NCBI GenBank assembly: GCA_051362555.1
Contig: CM120640.1
Coordinates: 22,010,001-22,074,000, forward strand
DNA from: Lingula anatina
Lineage: Eukaryota; Animalia; Brachiopoda
Length of the DNA: 64,000 bases
Reading direction: 5' to 3'
Shown: one piece after another, positions 13,806 through 25,063 of the stretch
Numbering within the stretch: the stretch's first letter is position 1
Layout: each line of letters begins with the position of its first letter
Made by a program: the position numbers and the translations under genes
Notes under the pieces: model-generated
The model's input: only the letters and a program-made list of their open reading frames with translations
What the model was told of the DNA's origin: nothing
The model's database searches: none

Positions 13806-14643
13806 TTATATAAATGCAGAACCTCTGTTCACATTCCAAAAGTGTTGGATGTTATCAAGGACCAGTACAAAAGGATGTTATTTCTATTAGCTTATATTAT
13901 TTACCATACCTATATATCTAGATTTCTCTCACATGGCATCTTTTTCAACATTACCCTAATAATCACTTTTCCTTTAACCTACTAGTATCAGCATGCAGCC
14001 ACCACATCACAAAGCATCCATCAGAATAATTGCACACTTACGTATAACTAGACCTCTCATTATCACTACCCAGGGTTGCTGTATTGTATATAATCTTTAT
14101 TTCTTTTTTACTGTTTGAACTGGTAAATGTTTCATGTTCTGTATTTTCACATGCTTTGCAAGCCATACATGGTGTTTATGAAAGCATTCTCTTCTTTTAC
14201 TTTATTAGGCAATGAGAGCTTTTTAAAATTTCAAAAAGTTCAATTTTTTTTTAGTTATTAATTATCCTGTGGCAGGAAACATGTCCAGAATGTAATACAT
14301 TCTTGGACAAATTGATAGTGGATTTAAAAAGTGCCACATCCCCTTCTTGATATTCTGGAATTACCAACTACTTATGTACCATGTGTTTTCTGTCAAATAG
14401 AATAGTGGAACCTTCAGGTTAGTTTTTCAGGACCACTGCCCTGAAAATGAAGACTAAAACTGTTCTCCTTCAAATATTAGATTACAGTAACTGATGTAAA
14501 TGACAACTGTAGCATTTCTTTTTCTGGATTTTCATTTTTTAAAATGTTTGTTTCCAAAACCCTGAAGTATTTGCAGTGACACTGACAAGAGCAAATATGA
14601 CAAACATGGGCTGATCATGCCATTCCAGTATACAACAATTTGT

Positions 14644-17600
14644 TCATGTCCCCATCTGCTGAAGTTTTCTCAAATCTGTCTTTTCTAGATGAACAAGTCT
14701 TGTGCAAAGTCAAGGAGGGATAACAGATATTATCATGAAATAACATTTTGTTTATAAATAGATGCAGAAAATTTACATAGCAAATGTACTGGGTATCATT
14801 CACATATGTAAGATTGAATGCTTCTTCTAAATAAGCTTCTTATTGAAATCAAAATATAGGAATGACATCAAATCATCCCTATCGTATATACATAGCTTAT
14901 CTGGGAGTTGGTTATTAGCTGAGTAAAATGTGGCCAATAGAAACAAATTTGCATGACTTTAAATTTTCTTGATATTTTGGATAACTGAACTATAATGACA
15001 GTGCTAAATGTCAAGGATACGGTTTTAGATGTTCAGCAAAGTTCTTCATTTCTTCTTGCACTTGGTCCTAAAAACATTTTTGCAAAATTTGCATTTATTA
15101 TATAGTAACGCACATTTAAACATACAAAGTCAATGTTTCTTATTTAAATTCACTTGAAATTTTTTTCTAATATCACATAAAACTAGAGGATCAGAGAGGC
15201 GATACCGCCTCCGAATATTGTACCACCAGCTGGAGTAAGCGCATTCGTATGGACCCCCCCCCCCAAAAAAAAGGGACACTATCACCAGTCTTGTGCTTGA
15301 CAAGCTTTATAAAATGCAATCAACAAGAGTTCTCAAAATATGCAAAAAAATATAACTAAAAATGGTACAATCAAGCAGATTTTCGAATTGACCTGCATTT
15401 TCCTACCATTGATCACTCATGTGATTCTCTAGACAAAAAGCCTATTGGTTTTTCTTGAAATGTGTTGTCAGTGGTGCATATATGCTGACAAAAGAGAAAA
15501 CCTAGGGGCAACACCAAGCACATCTCTCCTAGTTTTGAAGATATGAGGGGCAAGAAAATATACAAAGCTCAGTTCATGGTGAAAAAGTAGGTCAAAGGTA
15601 AATTTCAATATCATTGTATATAAATTTCTATTCAAGTTCAATAGTAACCATGGGCATTTCTTTGCCAATTTTGCAGATTTAAAAGCCAGAAAAAATGCAA
15701 AAAGCAGTTCATCATAAAAAGAAGGTCAAAGGTCAATTTCAAGGTCACAGTAAAATTACCAGTATAAAACTTCCTATTCAACTTCGATAGTAACTATGGA
15801 CCTATCTCTGCCAGTTTTGAAGATAAAAGGGAACGGACATTTGCAAAGTTCAGTTAATGGTGAAAAGTAGGTCAAAGGTCAATTTTAAGGTCATAGTAAA
15901 TTGCCTCTAATGACTTTCTATTCAAATTCAATAGTAACGATGGGCGTAGCTTTGCCAGTTTTGAAAGTATAAGCATTAAAAAAGTTGCAAAGTTCAGTTT
16001 ATGGTGTAAAGTAGGTCAAAGGTCAATTTCAAGGTCACAGTAAGATTACCAGTATAAGACTTCCTATTCAACTTCAACAGTAACTATGGACCTATCTCTG
16101 CCAGTTTTGGAGATAAAAGGGAACCAAAATTTGAAAGTTCATTTCATGATGAAAAGTAGGTCAAAGGTCAATTTCAAGGTCACACTTAGATTGCCTGGAT
16201 ATGACTTCCTATTCAAGTTCAATAGTAAGTATGGACCTATCTCAGCCAGTTTTGGTGATAAAAGGGAACGGACATTTGCAAAGTTCAGTTAATGGTGAAA
16301 AGTAGGTCAAAGGTCAATTTTAAGGTCATAGTAAATTGCCTCTAAAGACTTTCTATTCAAATTCAATAGTAACTATGGACGTATCTTTGCCAGTTTTGAA
16401 AGTATAAGCATTAAAAAAGTTGCAAAGTTCAGTTTATGGTGTTAAAGTAGGTCAAAGGTCAATTTCAAGGATACAGTAAGATTACCAGTATATGACTTCC
16501 TATTCAACTTCAATAGTAACTATGGGACTATCTCTGCCAGGTTTGGCATTAAAAGGGAAAGAAATTAGCAAAGTTCAGTTCATGATAAAAAGTAGGTCAA
16601 AGGTCAATTTCAAGGTCACACTTAGATTCCCAGACAGCCTCAGTGATCTGGCGCACGTCTGGCCCAGATCTGGCAACGTCTGGCAATGTCTGGCAAAAGG
16701 TATGGCCCACGTATGGCTTGCCACATGTGGGCCAGATGTGGCAATGTTTGGGCCAGATCTGGCCCAGACATTGCCACATCTGGCCCAGTCCACATTTGCT
16801 CATATGGCCAGATGTCGGCCCAGATCTGGCAATATCTGGCAAATGTATGGCATGCCAGATGTGGGCCAGATGTGGGCCAGATCATATTCAAATGGGCCAG
16901 ATTAGGGCCAGACATGGACCACATATGGCCCAGAATGTTTTTTTTTTCTTTTTTTTAAATTATTTTTAATTATTCAATAAGATTACTATAAAAAAGACAT
17001 ACAAGATTCAAGATTCAAGTATTTATTCTGTGCTAAAACCCTAAACAAAATTATTACACATTATATAACCTTGCTGGCAACTAACATGTAACAAATTAAG
17101 GGTCACTCCTTGTCTTTTTGTACAAAACAATGTATATTTGAAAAAAAAAACTACACTGCAAAAAGGTAAATATACAGACACTTATCTGGCAAGTGTCTGG
17201 CAAAATGTGGCATAAATGCCAGACTTTGCCAGACTTGGCCCAGATCTGGCAAGTGTCTGGCAAAATCTGGCCCAGATATTGCCAGACGTTGCCAGATCTG
17301 GGCCAGACGTGGGCCAGATTACTGAGGCTGTCTGGGTTGTCAGTATGACTTCCTATTCAAATTCAATAGTAACTATGGACCTATCTCTGCCAGTTTCACT
17401 TACATACATGTAAAGAAAACAGTTATAACAATTTTTTTTCAACACAAAGCTGCTCATCGAATCTGAATTAACACAAATTACAAAAATTGTAATTAATTAT
17501 GCATGTACATGGGGGAGGGGTTTGAGGGGGAAATATTTTTGCACACATTGTCATTTTAAAACTAATTCAAACATATCATTAATAATAATAATCACTAATG

Positions 17601-20600
17601 AATATAGTTTTGTAATGAATAAATCTTGAATAATGAATAAAAAACATTGTTTTTTTAGAAGATGGTGAGTTATAACAAAATTATAAATAACCATGCAGTA
17701 ACTGTAATTCAACTTGCATGCTGGCTACAGTACTGTACATACATGTAAATTCTGAAAAAAAAAATATGTATACTCCAGCACAGATATAGATGTACAATTA
17801 AAAGAGAATTACATGTGCACAAAAACAAACCCCAGTATCAATGCTTTTGAATTAAATCACATCATGAATCAAATCACTCAATGAATTGAACCAGTTTGCA
17901 ATGTTTGCGCTTTTTTCAAATCCATAACACTAAGAAATGATACATCTGGCTCCTTGACAAGCTTATAATTATTAATGGAATCAACAATATGGAACAAGTA
18001 ACTCTACCAAGTTAACAACAGTTCATTCAAATGTCAAGTCAAAACACAACATCCCTTCCTTTCTTGGACAGAAACGGTCCTTTCAAAACATGTTTATTGA
18101 CAGTTCAGTCTTTAAAATGTCCTTTCAAACATTTGCAGAATAGCATATGAAATCCAACTTTTATTCCTTAAACCACACTGAAAATTCTCAAAACTTATCA
18201 ACTCATATCAAATCCCATGTCCTTTCACTACTACTGGTCTCTTCCTTTACGTCACATTCAAATGTTCCCTTCACTTTTAAAGGTTTCTCAGACGTGCATG
18301 AATAATACTGTTTGTTTTCTGGTCCTCCACAAGAGCCACATTTATTTTTCTTGGATTTCAGCATTCTCCATGTATTTTCATCAATGATATTACAATATGC
18401 ACCTGAATCTGGTAATACACTGAGATTAACAACTCCTCTATTTCCTCCATGTCTTCTGTGTATATTGCATTGGTTCCCACACCAAATGTATATATGCACT
18501 CCTGGATTATCATGTTCAAATCTGTCATTTACATGAATAATAGTTTCAGTTTTGCAGACTTTTGCAAAGTGATCCAACGTTCCATGTTTTCTCAGTCAGG
18601 GAGTTTCTACTTCGTTTTTCATGTCTAAACTCGTAATGTTTAGACTGGCTTGGCTTGTCAAATGACTTCGGTTTCATCATACTCACAGTTTCTGGTGTTC
18701 CAATTTCATTCAAAGCGTTAACTGTCTTATGTATATTCATGTTTCTAACCTGTGTTTGGGAGAGTCCTGAAAATATCTTGTACACCTGTCCCTGCTGAAT
18801 ACAACATAAGCGCGCGTCTCCTCTGTCATGTATTTTTAATTTTCTATCTTTGTTCATTATTCATGCCGTCCGTTGGTTTTGAAAAGATCAATCTTTTCCG
18901 TCAGCGAAGAGGTTAAAACTGTCTAGCCATCGCGTCGAGCGTGACCCTAATGTCTCCGGACTTCTGTACGGTTCGAATTCCGTAATTTCACATTTTTCCT
19001 CCATTTTTTTCAAAGAAAGTTGGCTCACAGTTTTGCACTAGTGTTAATCCTCGTCGCCAGTGTTGATGCCTTCGAAATAAATCGCATCACGAATCAAATC
19101 ACTCAACGAATTGTATCAGTTTGATACGCTTGTGCTTTTTTCATATCCATAACTCTAAGAAACGCTACATCCGGGTCCTTGACCGGCTTAGCATAAAAAG
19201 CGGAATCTTACAACAGCGGAACGAGTAGTTCAAAAAGTTTTAGAACAGTGAATTCATTCAAATGTCAAGTCAAATAAAACAAATAACACACTTATGTTGC
19301 CAGATCTGGGCCAGACGTGGGCCAGATTACTGAGGCTGTCTGGGTTGTCAGTATGACTTCCTATTCAAATTCAATAGTAACTATGGACCTATCTCTGCCA
19401 GTTTTGGAGATAAAAGGGAACGAAATTTGCAAAGTTCAGTTAATGGTGAAAAGTAGGTCAAAGGTCAATTTAAAGGTCACAGTTAGGTTGCCAGTATATG
19501 ACTTCCTATTCAAGTTCAATAGAAAGTATGGACCTATCTCAGCCAGTTTTGGTGATAAAAGGGAACAGAAATTTGCAAAGTTCAGTTCATAGTGAAAAGT
19601 AGGTCAAAGGTCAATTTCAAGGTCACAGTTAGATTGCCAGTATGTGACTTCCTATTCAACTTTAATAGTAACTATGGACCTATCTCTGCCAGTTTTGGAG
19701 ATATAAGGGACTAAATGTTTCAGTTTTGGAGTTACAATAATGTGCCATAAATTTTCTACAGAAAAAATTAATTAAAATAAAGAAAAGGTCATTTTCGTTG
19801 AAATTCTTGAAATGGGAGGTGCTCAGAAGTTCCAGATGTTCAAATTTCATGAAATAATGTCATTTTTGACCAGAAGTTGTCTGCCTCGCCAAGCCTTATG
19901 TTTTATTTTCCCGAAGTTCAAAATTTGTTATCCATTACCGTATTGCACATTTTGCTTTCACCACCACAATGTACTTTTTGATACAGCATAACTCGAAAAC
20001 CGTATGGAATACATAAAAACGGAGACCACCTCCAGTGTTGGGCTTTACATGCTCTACAAAATGCAAAAAAGAATGGGTCTCTAGCATTAACGGTTCCCGA
20101 ATTAGAGACAGTTTTCAGTTTCGTTATATTATGGCCGTTACTCCTGGGAAAATGCAGCGGTTGACCCCAAATTCACAGAGATGAAAGATGACCCGAAGGG
20201 TAGCACCTTCCAATAATATTATAGGTTAGGTCTGTGTAGTTTCTGAATATCAGCGCAAATAATTTTTTTTTTTGAAAAAAATTTCGTTTTTTTGAAAATT
20301 TTGGCTCGTTTGACCTTGAAATAAAGGTCAAAGGTCAAATCCAAGGGCATATTTGAAATCTCCACATATGACTTTTGGATAGCCGTCTGTAGAAATTTTT
20401 CCCATAATTCCTTCCGTAGGGTAGATAATTAGCATTTAATTTTGCCATTTTTGGACAAGGGTGTATTGCAATGAGTGCCACACCTAGACCCCAGCACCGA
20501 CAAAGCCCAAATTTTACGTGGAACGAGTTGAGATTATAGGTGACCTAAATCCAAGAGATGGGTATTGAGGCCCTTACCGTCTAGGAGGAGAAGCGGTAAC

Positions 20601-21000
20601 GGTGAGATGGCGGCGGAGCCAGAGGAGCCGGCGGAGCCGCAGGAGCCGGCGGAGCCGCAGGAGCCGGCGGAACATGCGGGTCGGGACTAAAACCATGTGT
20701 ACCGCCAGCGCCTACGCTGGTGGTACAATGAATACACAATACCAAAATTTTACTATAAAAATAGGAGCATGAAGTAATTAATACTTGCAAAACATCACTG
20801 AAAAAATATTATTTCCAATGATGGATAGATTTTATTTGAACTTACCTGCCCTGACACTGTAACCACTCCTAATTCTACTAGGTATGACTTTGACAGAGCT
20901 TCCACTTTATCTGTGTCACCAGGTTGGAGCAACTATTGACCAATAAAATAGTAAGAAAATAGCTGTATAAATATTTCAGTGCTAAAAACAAAATCACTAT

Positions 21001-21036
<36 letters not shown>

Positions 21037-22327
21037 AGGAGCTATGGCTAGACTTCAACAGACCAAAAAAAAAAAACAAGCAGTACAGATTGATGACCAT
21101 AACATCCCAAGCATCATTATTTCAATCAATATTATTTTTTCCAACGGATGTAAATCTTTTTGAAGCAGAACAATGTGAGTCTATTGGATTAATTTTAACA
21201 GGAAAAGCATTATGATGTCAAACAAATACCCTGTATATCTTTGAAACAGTTATTTTCATTCTTCCTTTCCTAAAAAAATGGCCGCTTACTACAAACTCAT
21301 GATCCAACCTGAAGTTAAAAAAAATATCATAACTGGTAATTTTCTCTTACTTTGAAATATATAAGATAATATTGAATAAGTAAGTTCTCCTTAAGCAATA
21401 GACAAAATGACTACTTTAAAAAAACTTCTGATAACCTCTACATAAAGTATTTTTCACTTGCCTAAAGCCCATTTCAGTGAGGAACTGCACCAAATTATCT
21501 GAGGTACCAACATCAATGCTACTTCTCACAAGTGTATGTTTGCTTCTGTCCCCAAAATCGGGCTCACCAACATATCGCAAAAGCCTGAAAATAAAAAAGA
21601 TTATATACGATATCAGCAAATGACTTTCAAAATGTTTTTAAAATTCTGACAATAGTTGGTAAATGCTATATATATACTACCTGAAATATTAAGCCTCCAA
21701 AATAAGCTCCATTTACAAACTCTAAAAACTAGAATGATTTTTTCTGGCAACACTGTGACACTAACAAATACATGCTTTCTAGTATGTATCCTAAACAATG
21801 CATGTGACTGGTAAATGTAAAATCATTATTAAGACTGTATGTAAAAGACAGGGTATTTACCATGGTGCTTCTGGGTCATCAAGTGCCCGTCTGGCTCTGA
21901 GTTGTAACACATTATTTGCATTGGTGCCTGCAAAAAATAACTCAAAGTACTTTAAAGACATTATCCAATACTGTACAAATATTCTTTTGAAATTCAATTG
22001 TACTTCTTTTGGTTTCAGCTGTGAGATTGGACAGCATGATTGAGGAATGTTAATTTCATTGAGGCAGAAAGAGTTTGAGATCATAAAATATACCAGACTT
22101 AGAAGTACCAGGGAATTGTTAGTGAAGGCATTTTTACAACCGTTTCAGTTACCTATTGTGTAAACCATTTCATGGTCTTGGAACTTTTCAATTCCTCCAA
22201 TATTATCGCAAATGCCTCTCAATCTATGGAGAAGAATGTCTCTGGATGCATCTAATACACTGCCTTGAAGGAAATATTCTTGTAACGGGACAATCTTCTT
22301 GTTCATGGCTGCTAACATGCTTTCCAT
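14644..22327 (-). CDS. MED18: Mediator complex subunit 18, 210 aa; exons 22327-22153, 21927-21861, 21584-21462, 21308-21230, 20932-20846, 15067-15021, 14698-14644
   Basis: The spliced 633-nt frame gives QEYFLQGSV..LLHRLRGICDN..FQDHEMVY..LRARRALD..PWLLRYVGEP..LTEMGFRLDHEFVVSGHFFRKGRMKITVSKI..SYLVEL..EEMKNFAEHLKPLVHLEKTD, matching the known MED18 pattern. All exon phases are compatible. Confidence 0.93.
14699..15020 (-). other. U12-type (minor spliceosome) GT-AG intron of MED18
   Basis: 5' splice site GTATCCTT; branch point TCCTTGAC (14716-14709) about 11 nt from the AG; no polypyrimidine tract. Confidence 0.88.
15565..16628. repeat. About 145-bp satellite array (7-8 units) inside the HINE; resumes at 17339-17396 and about 19347-19710
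   Basis: The unit motif AAGTTCAGTT..GTGAAAAGTAGGTCAAAGGTCAATTTCAAGGTCACAGT..GACTTCCTATTCAA..AATAGTAACTATGGACCTATCTCTGCCAGTTTTG recurs with a period of about 145 bp. Confidence 0.9.
16629..17336. mobile_element. Non-autonomous CMC/EnSpm-like TIR element with 11-bp subterminal repeats and a 2-bp TT TSD
   Basis: TT|CCCAGACAGCCTCAGTGATCTGGC..GCCAGATTACTGAGGCTGTCTGGG|TT interrupts one satellite unit. Arrays of TGGCCCAGATC/TGGCAA motifs lie at both ends. Confidence 0.75.
17836..19288 (-). mobile_element. Internally deleted Ty3/Gypsy LTR retrotransposon relic: 5' LTR 19061-19288, PBS 19046-19059, decayed gag-protease, PPT 18052-18064, 3' LTR 17836-18051
   Basis: Two diverged direct repeats of about 220 bp. 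On the minus strand TGGCGACGAGGATT follows the 5' LTR and AGAAAGGAAGGGA precedes the 3' LTR. Frameshifted gag-like fragments (LFADGK, ALMLYSAGTGVQDIFRTL, HFAKVCK) and an aspartic protease motif (VLPDSGAYCNII) are present. Confidence 0.8.
21309..21461 (-). other. GC-AG intron of MED18
   Basis: AG|GCAAGT donor is needed to keep MGFR-LDHEF in frame. The nearby GT gives a frameshift and stop. Confidence 0.85.
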
Positions 22328-22399
22328 CTTGAATGGTCTTGCTTTCAAAAAATTGATAAAGGATTTGATGGGTGGATCCAAAGCAGGTGTCACACATAT

Positions 22400-23040
22400 A
22401 AATAATTTTTAAACAGTAAAGCAAGTATTGTAAGTACTGGGTGTAGAATGAAGTCGGGAGATAATACACTCTTCTAAGGTCTCGGTTAACCTTGCTAGGA
22501 ATCCTCGTTTTCTCCCTGGTACAGCAGAGTCACGCACATTTCAAACTAACGTGGGTGCATTTTAAGGCTTAAGTCACATAGACTAATAATGCTGTAGGCT
22601 TCTATCAACAAACACTGTTTTAAGACACTTCAGGGTTAGTAGGTTCTTCTACTGTTGTAATAATGTGTCCTACTTTCAAGCTCCTCTTGCCTAAAATGAT
22701 ATAAGAAAGCGCCGATTAAACATCTGGAGCAATTGTTAATTGTGATCACAGTTTTATCAAAAATAATTAATAAATAAATTTGTATGGTTATTTCTACATT
22801 TTTATAAATGAAATTCTAAATAACTCGATTGATTTCCAGCTATTTATATCAAAATTAAGCTTTAAGGCAAAGACTGTAATAATGGTTTGGTACAAGATTA
22901 CTGCTCCCGAGTGAAAACATTGATGATCAAAAGAGGGCGCCACGTATGACGTCACGATTAGCCAATTAGAAATTAGTATTCCAGTCACATGATATGGGAG
23001 CCGTTTGAATGTAAAGAACATTAAAACATACATTGAGGTG
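22400..23040. promoter_or_regulatory. Putative bidirectional promoter MED18/CKAP5: CRE TGACGTCA (22947-22954), CCAAT (22962-22966), E-box-like GTCACATGA, CHR-like TTTGAA (23004-23009)
   Basis: CpG-retaining interval between divergent genes with clustered motifs. Candidate CKAP5 UTR donor GAG|GTGAAC at about 23037. Confidence 0.55.
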
Positions 23041-24450
23041 AACTGGAGTTAGTTATTATTTTCTGATCACACTTGTGGCAGACTGCTATTTATAAAGGTA
23101 GGGACATTTCCAAGTATTTTATAATCTACTGAACACCTTACACCTTCATAACGTTGCTGTCTTGTGTTTATTTTATGCTTTTGCATCCTCCTGTCAGTGC
23201 TGACATTACACTGACACTGACACAATATAGACAGGGCATCTGCATAATTTCCCATCTCTGATCTTAGTTTAATGACAGTTTCACAAGAAGTACTCAGATA
23301 ATCAGAAATCAGTTATAAAATGTGTCAGTATACTTAATCAAACTATTTGCATTGCTTTGCTAATATGTCACCAAATGCTGCCTATTTAGTATGATAATTA
23401 TGAAATGACTAAGTATTAATAATGATCAGACAGTATCAATGGTTAGTGATTAATACTATCGCAGACTGTTCTGTGAACATAGTGCATATGTTTTAAGAAA
23501 GTTTAATACTTGTATGTATCACAATAAATATGCTTACTGTCAAATATGCAAAAGTTAGTATGATACTACTGGTAGTTGACTGTATTGTTTAGGACTAGGG
23601 AGCAAGAGAGCAATGGATTGATAAACATGACATGAGTGTCGTTGTTACACTGGAATGTAATTAATGGTGAAAGGAGTTCACAGATTTATTTTCATAATAC
23701 CACAGACCTCAAATTTGACTTATAGAAAGCCAAATGCTTAAGTGTGAATATAAACTGTCTGAATTTTCAAGATATCTCATTAATTTAGATAAAAATTAGA
23801 CCCTTGTTTGCCAATTTTTCAAGATATCATTTTCAAAAATGAGTCAAAAATTGCCCAACTTGATTTTTAGATCCTAAATGTTGTCAATTATAATGGTCAT
23901 ATAATAATTATAGGATCTGACCATGAACACACAGCTTTAAATTTGGTTCTAGGGTTTTCCCAAGCAGGGAAATACAGTACTAGTATGTATATAAAATGGG
24001 CAAAGTGAAGGGATTTTGGTCAACAGGAACATGTAATATGAGAAAATACAAATTGATACAATGTATCTTCTAAAACATGAGCATCAAAACTTTATATCCA
24101 ACATAGGCTTAATGGGGAAAACAGGAAGGGGATGACAAACAGATTAAAAAAAACACACACACACACATTTGAGTTGAACTAACCACAGATGAGTTATGAA
24201 GAGTGTCAGCAAAGGAGGATCAGGTTAGCCAGTTTTCTGTCTCCAGCATTCCTATTTGTATTTTTCATGTATACATGTATAATAGTAAACATGCTACAGG
24301 CAGAGAGGAAGTCATTATAACAAGGTGAACACAACACATACTTGAAACTTTGTTGTTGATTATGGGAATTGATAAGTGCAAGGATTAAATTGGATGAATC
24401 AGTTACCACAGCAAGTATTATACTTATGATAGGGTGCTAGTACATTTGTT

Positions 24451-24696
24451 AGGGACCATTCCCACAGATATTTTGACCAACCTCCCTGGCTAGTCTTACT
24501 AAATTGCTATCAATGTAACCGACTTAAATGTCTGTCGCACCTAGTAAAGCTGTTAGGGGATAATTATCTTTACCCCGAGCTGATTCGGTAGGCCTGATAG
24601 ACTTTTAAGCAGGTTAGTTGATAGCTATTTAGTGAGAATCCCCAGGGAGTTAGACCGATCCAGATGGATCGATCTAGGCATGGGATCCCAGTCTTA
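24451..24696. mobile_element. MITE family A, copy 4
   Basis: AGGGACCATTCCCACAGAT..CCCCAGGGAGTTAGACCGATCCAGATGGATCGATCTAGGCATGGGATCCCAGTCTTA. Confidence 0.7.
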
Positions 24697-24860
24697 GATA
24701 TTTTTGGTTATGATGGGGTGCTAGTGCATTTGTTAGATGTTTCTGAAAATTAAAGATTGATGTCACCTTTATTTTACCTATATTTAAAAGATGTAGGCAC
24801 AACATTCTATGAAAAAAATTATATAGTAATAGGGGTATACATTTGTACTATTGGCTATTT

Positions 24861-25063
<203 letters not shown>

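Larger units (their letters stand above)
15181..20732 (-). mobile_element. Expanded non-autonomous Helentron/HINE-like element (5.5 kb) in MED18 intron 5, with nested insertions
   Basis: Same termini as 3360-4351: AACTAGAG..GATACCGCCTCCG..TGTACCACCAG on the left and GTACCGCCAGCG-CCTA-CGCTGGTGGTACAAT hairpin on the right. Contains an internal tandem array and an 18-bp GC-rich minisatellite at about 20609-20670. Confidence 0.8.

Noticed and set aside
6439-14803. Numerous 60-100-aa ORFs in the Rab3 5' intron and intergenic region
   Set aside because: They show no recognisable motifs or consistent splice structure and are expected by chance in AT-rich DNA.
15565-16628. Regularly spaced repeats resembling a CRISPR array
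   Set aside because: Whole 145-bp units repeat, with no unique spacers and no cas genes, in a eukaryotic context.
16492-17413. Cluster of overlapping ORFs on both strands (WARSGP / GPDLA repeats)
   Set aside because: These are translations of the 11-bp subterminal repeats of the TIR element. There is no domain or splice structure.
20581-20790. Pro/Ala-rich ORF (PPAPAAPPAPAA)
   Set aside because: It derives from the 18-bp minisatellite at the HINE end.
22328-22393. N-terminal extension of the MED18 ORF (MTPALDPP..)
   Set aside because: It starts at a GTG, shows no recognisable MED18 similarity and includes a MITE-like remnant. The ATG at 22327 gives a protein of the expected length.
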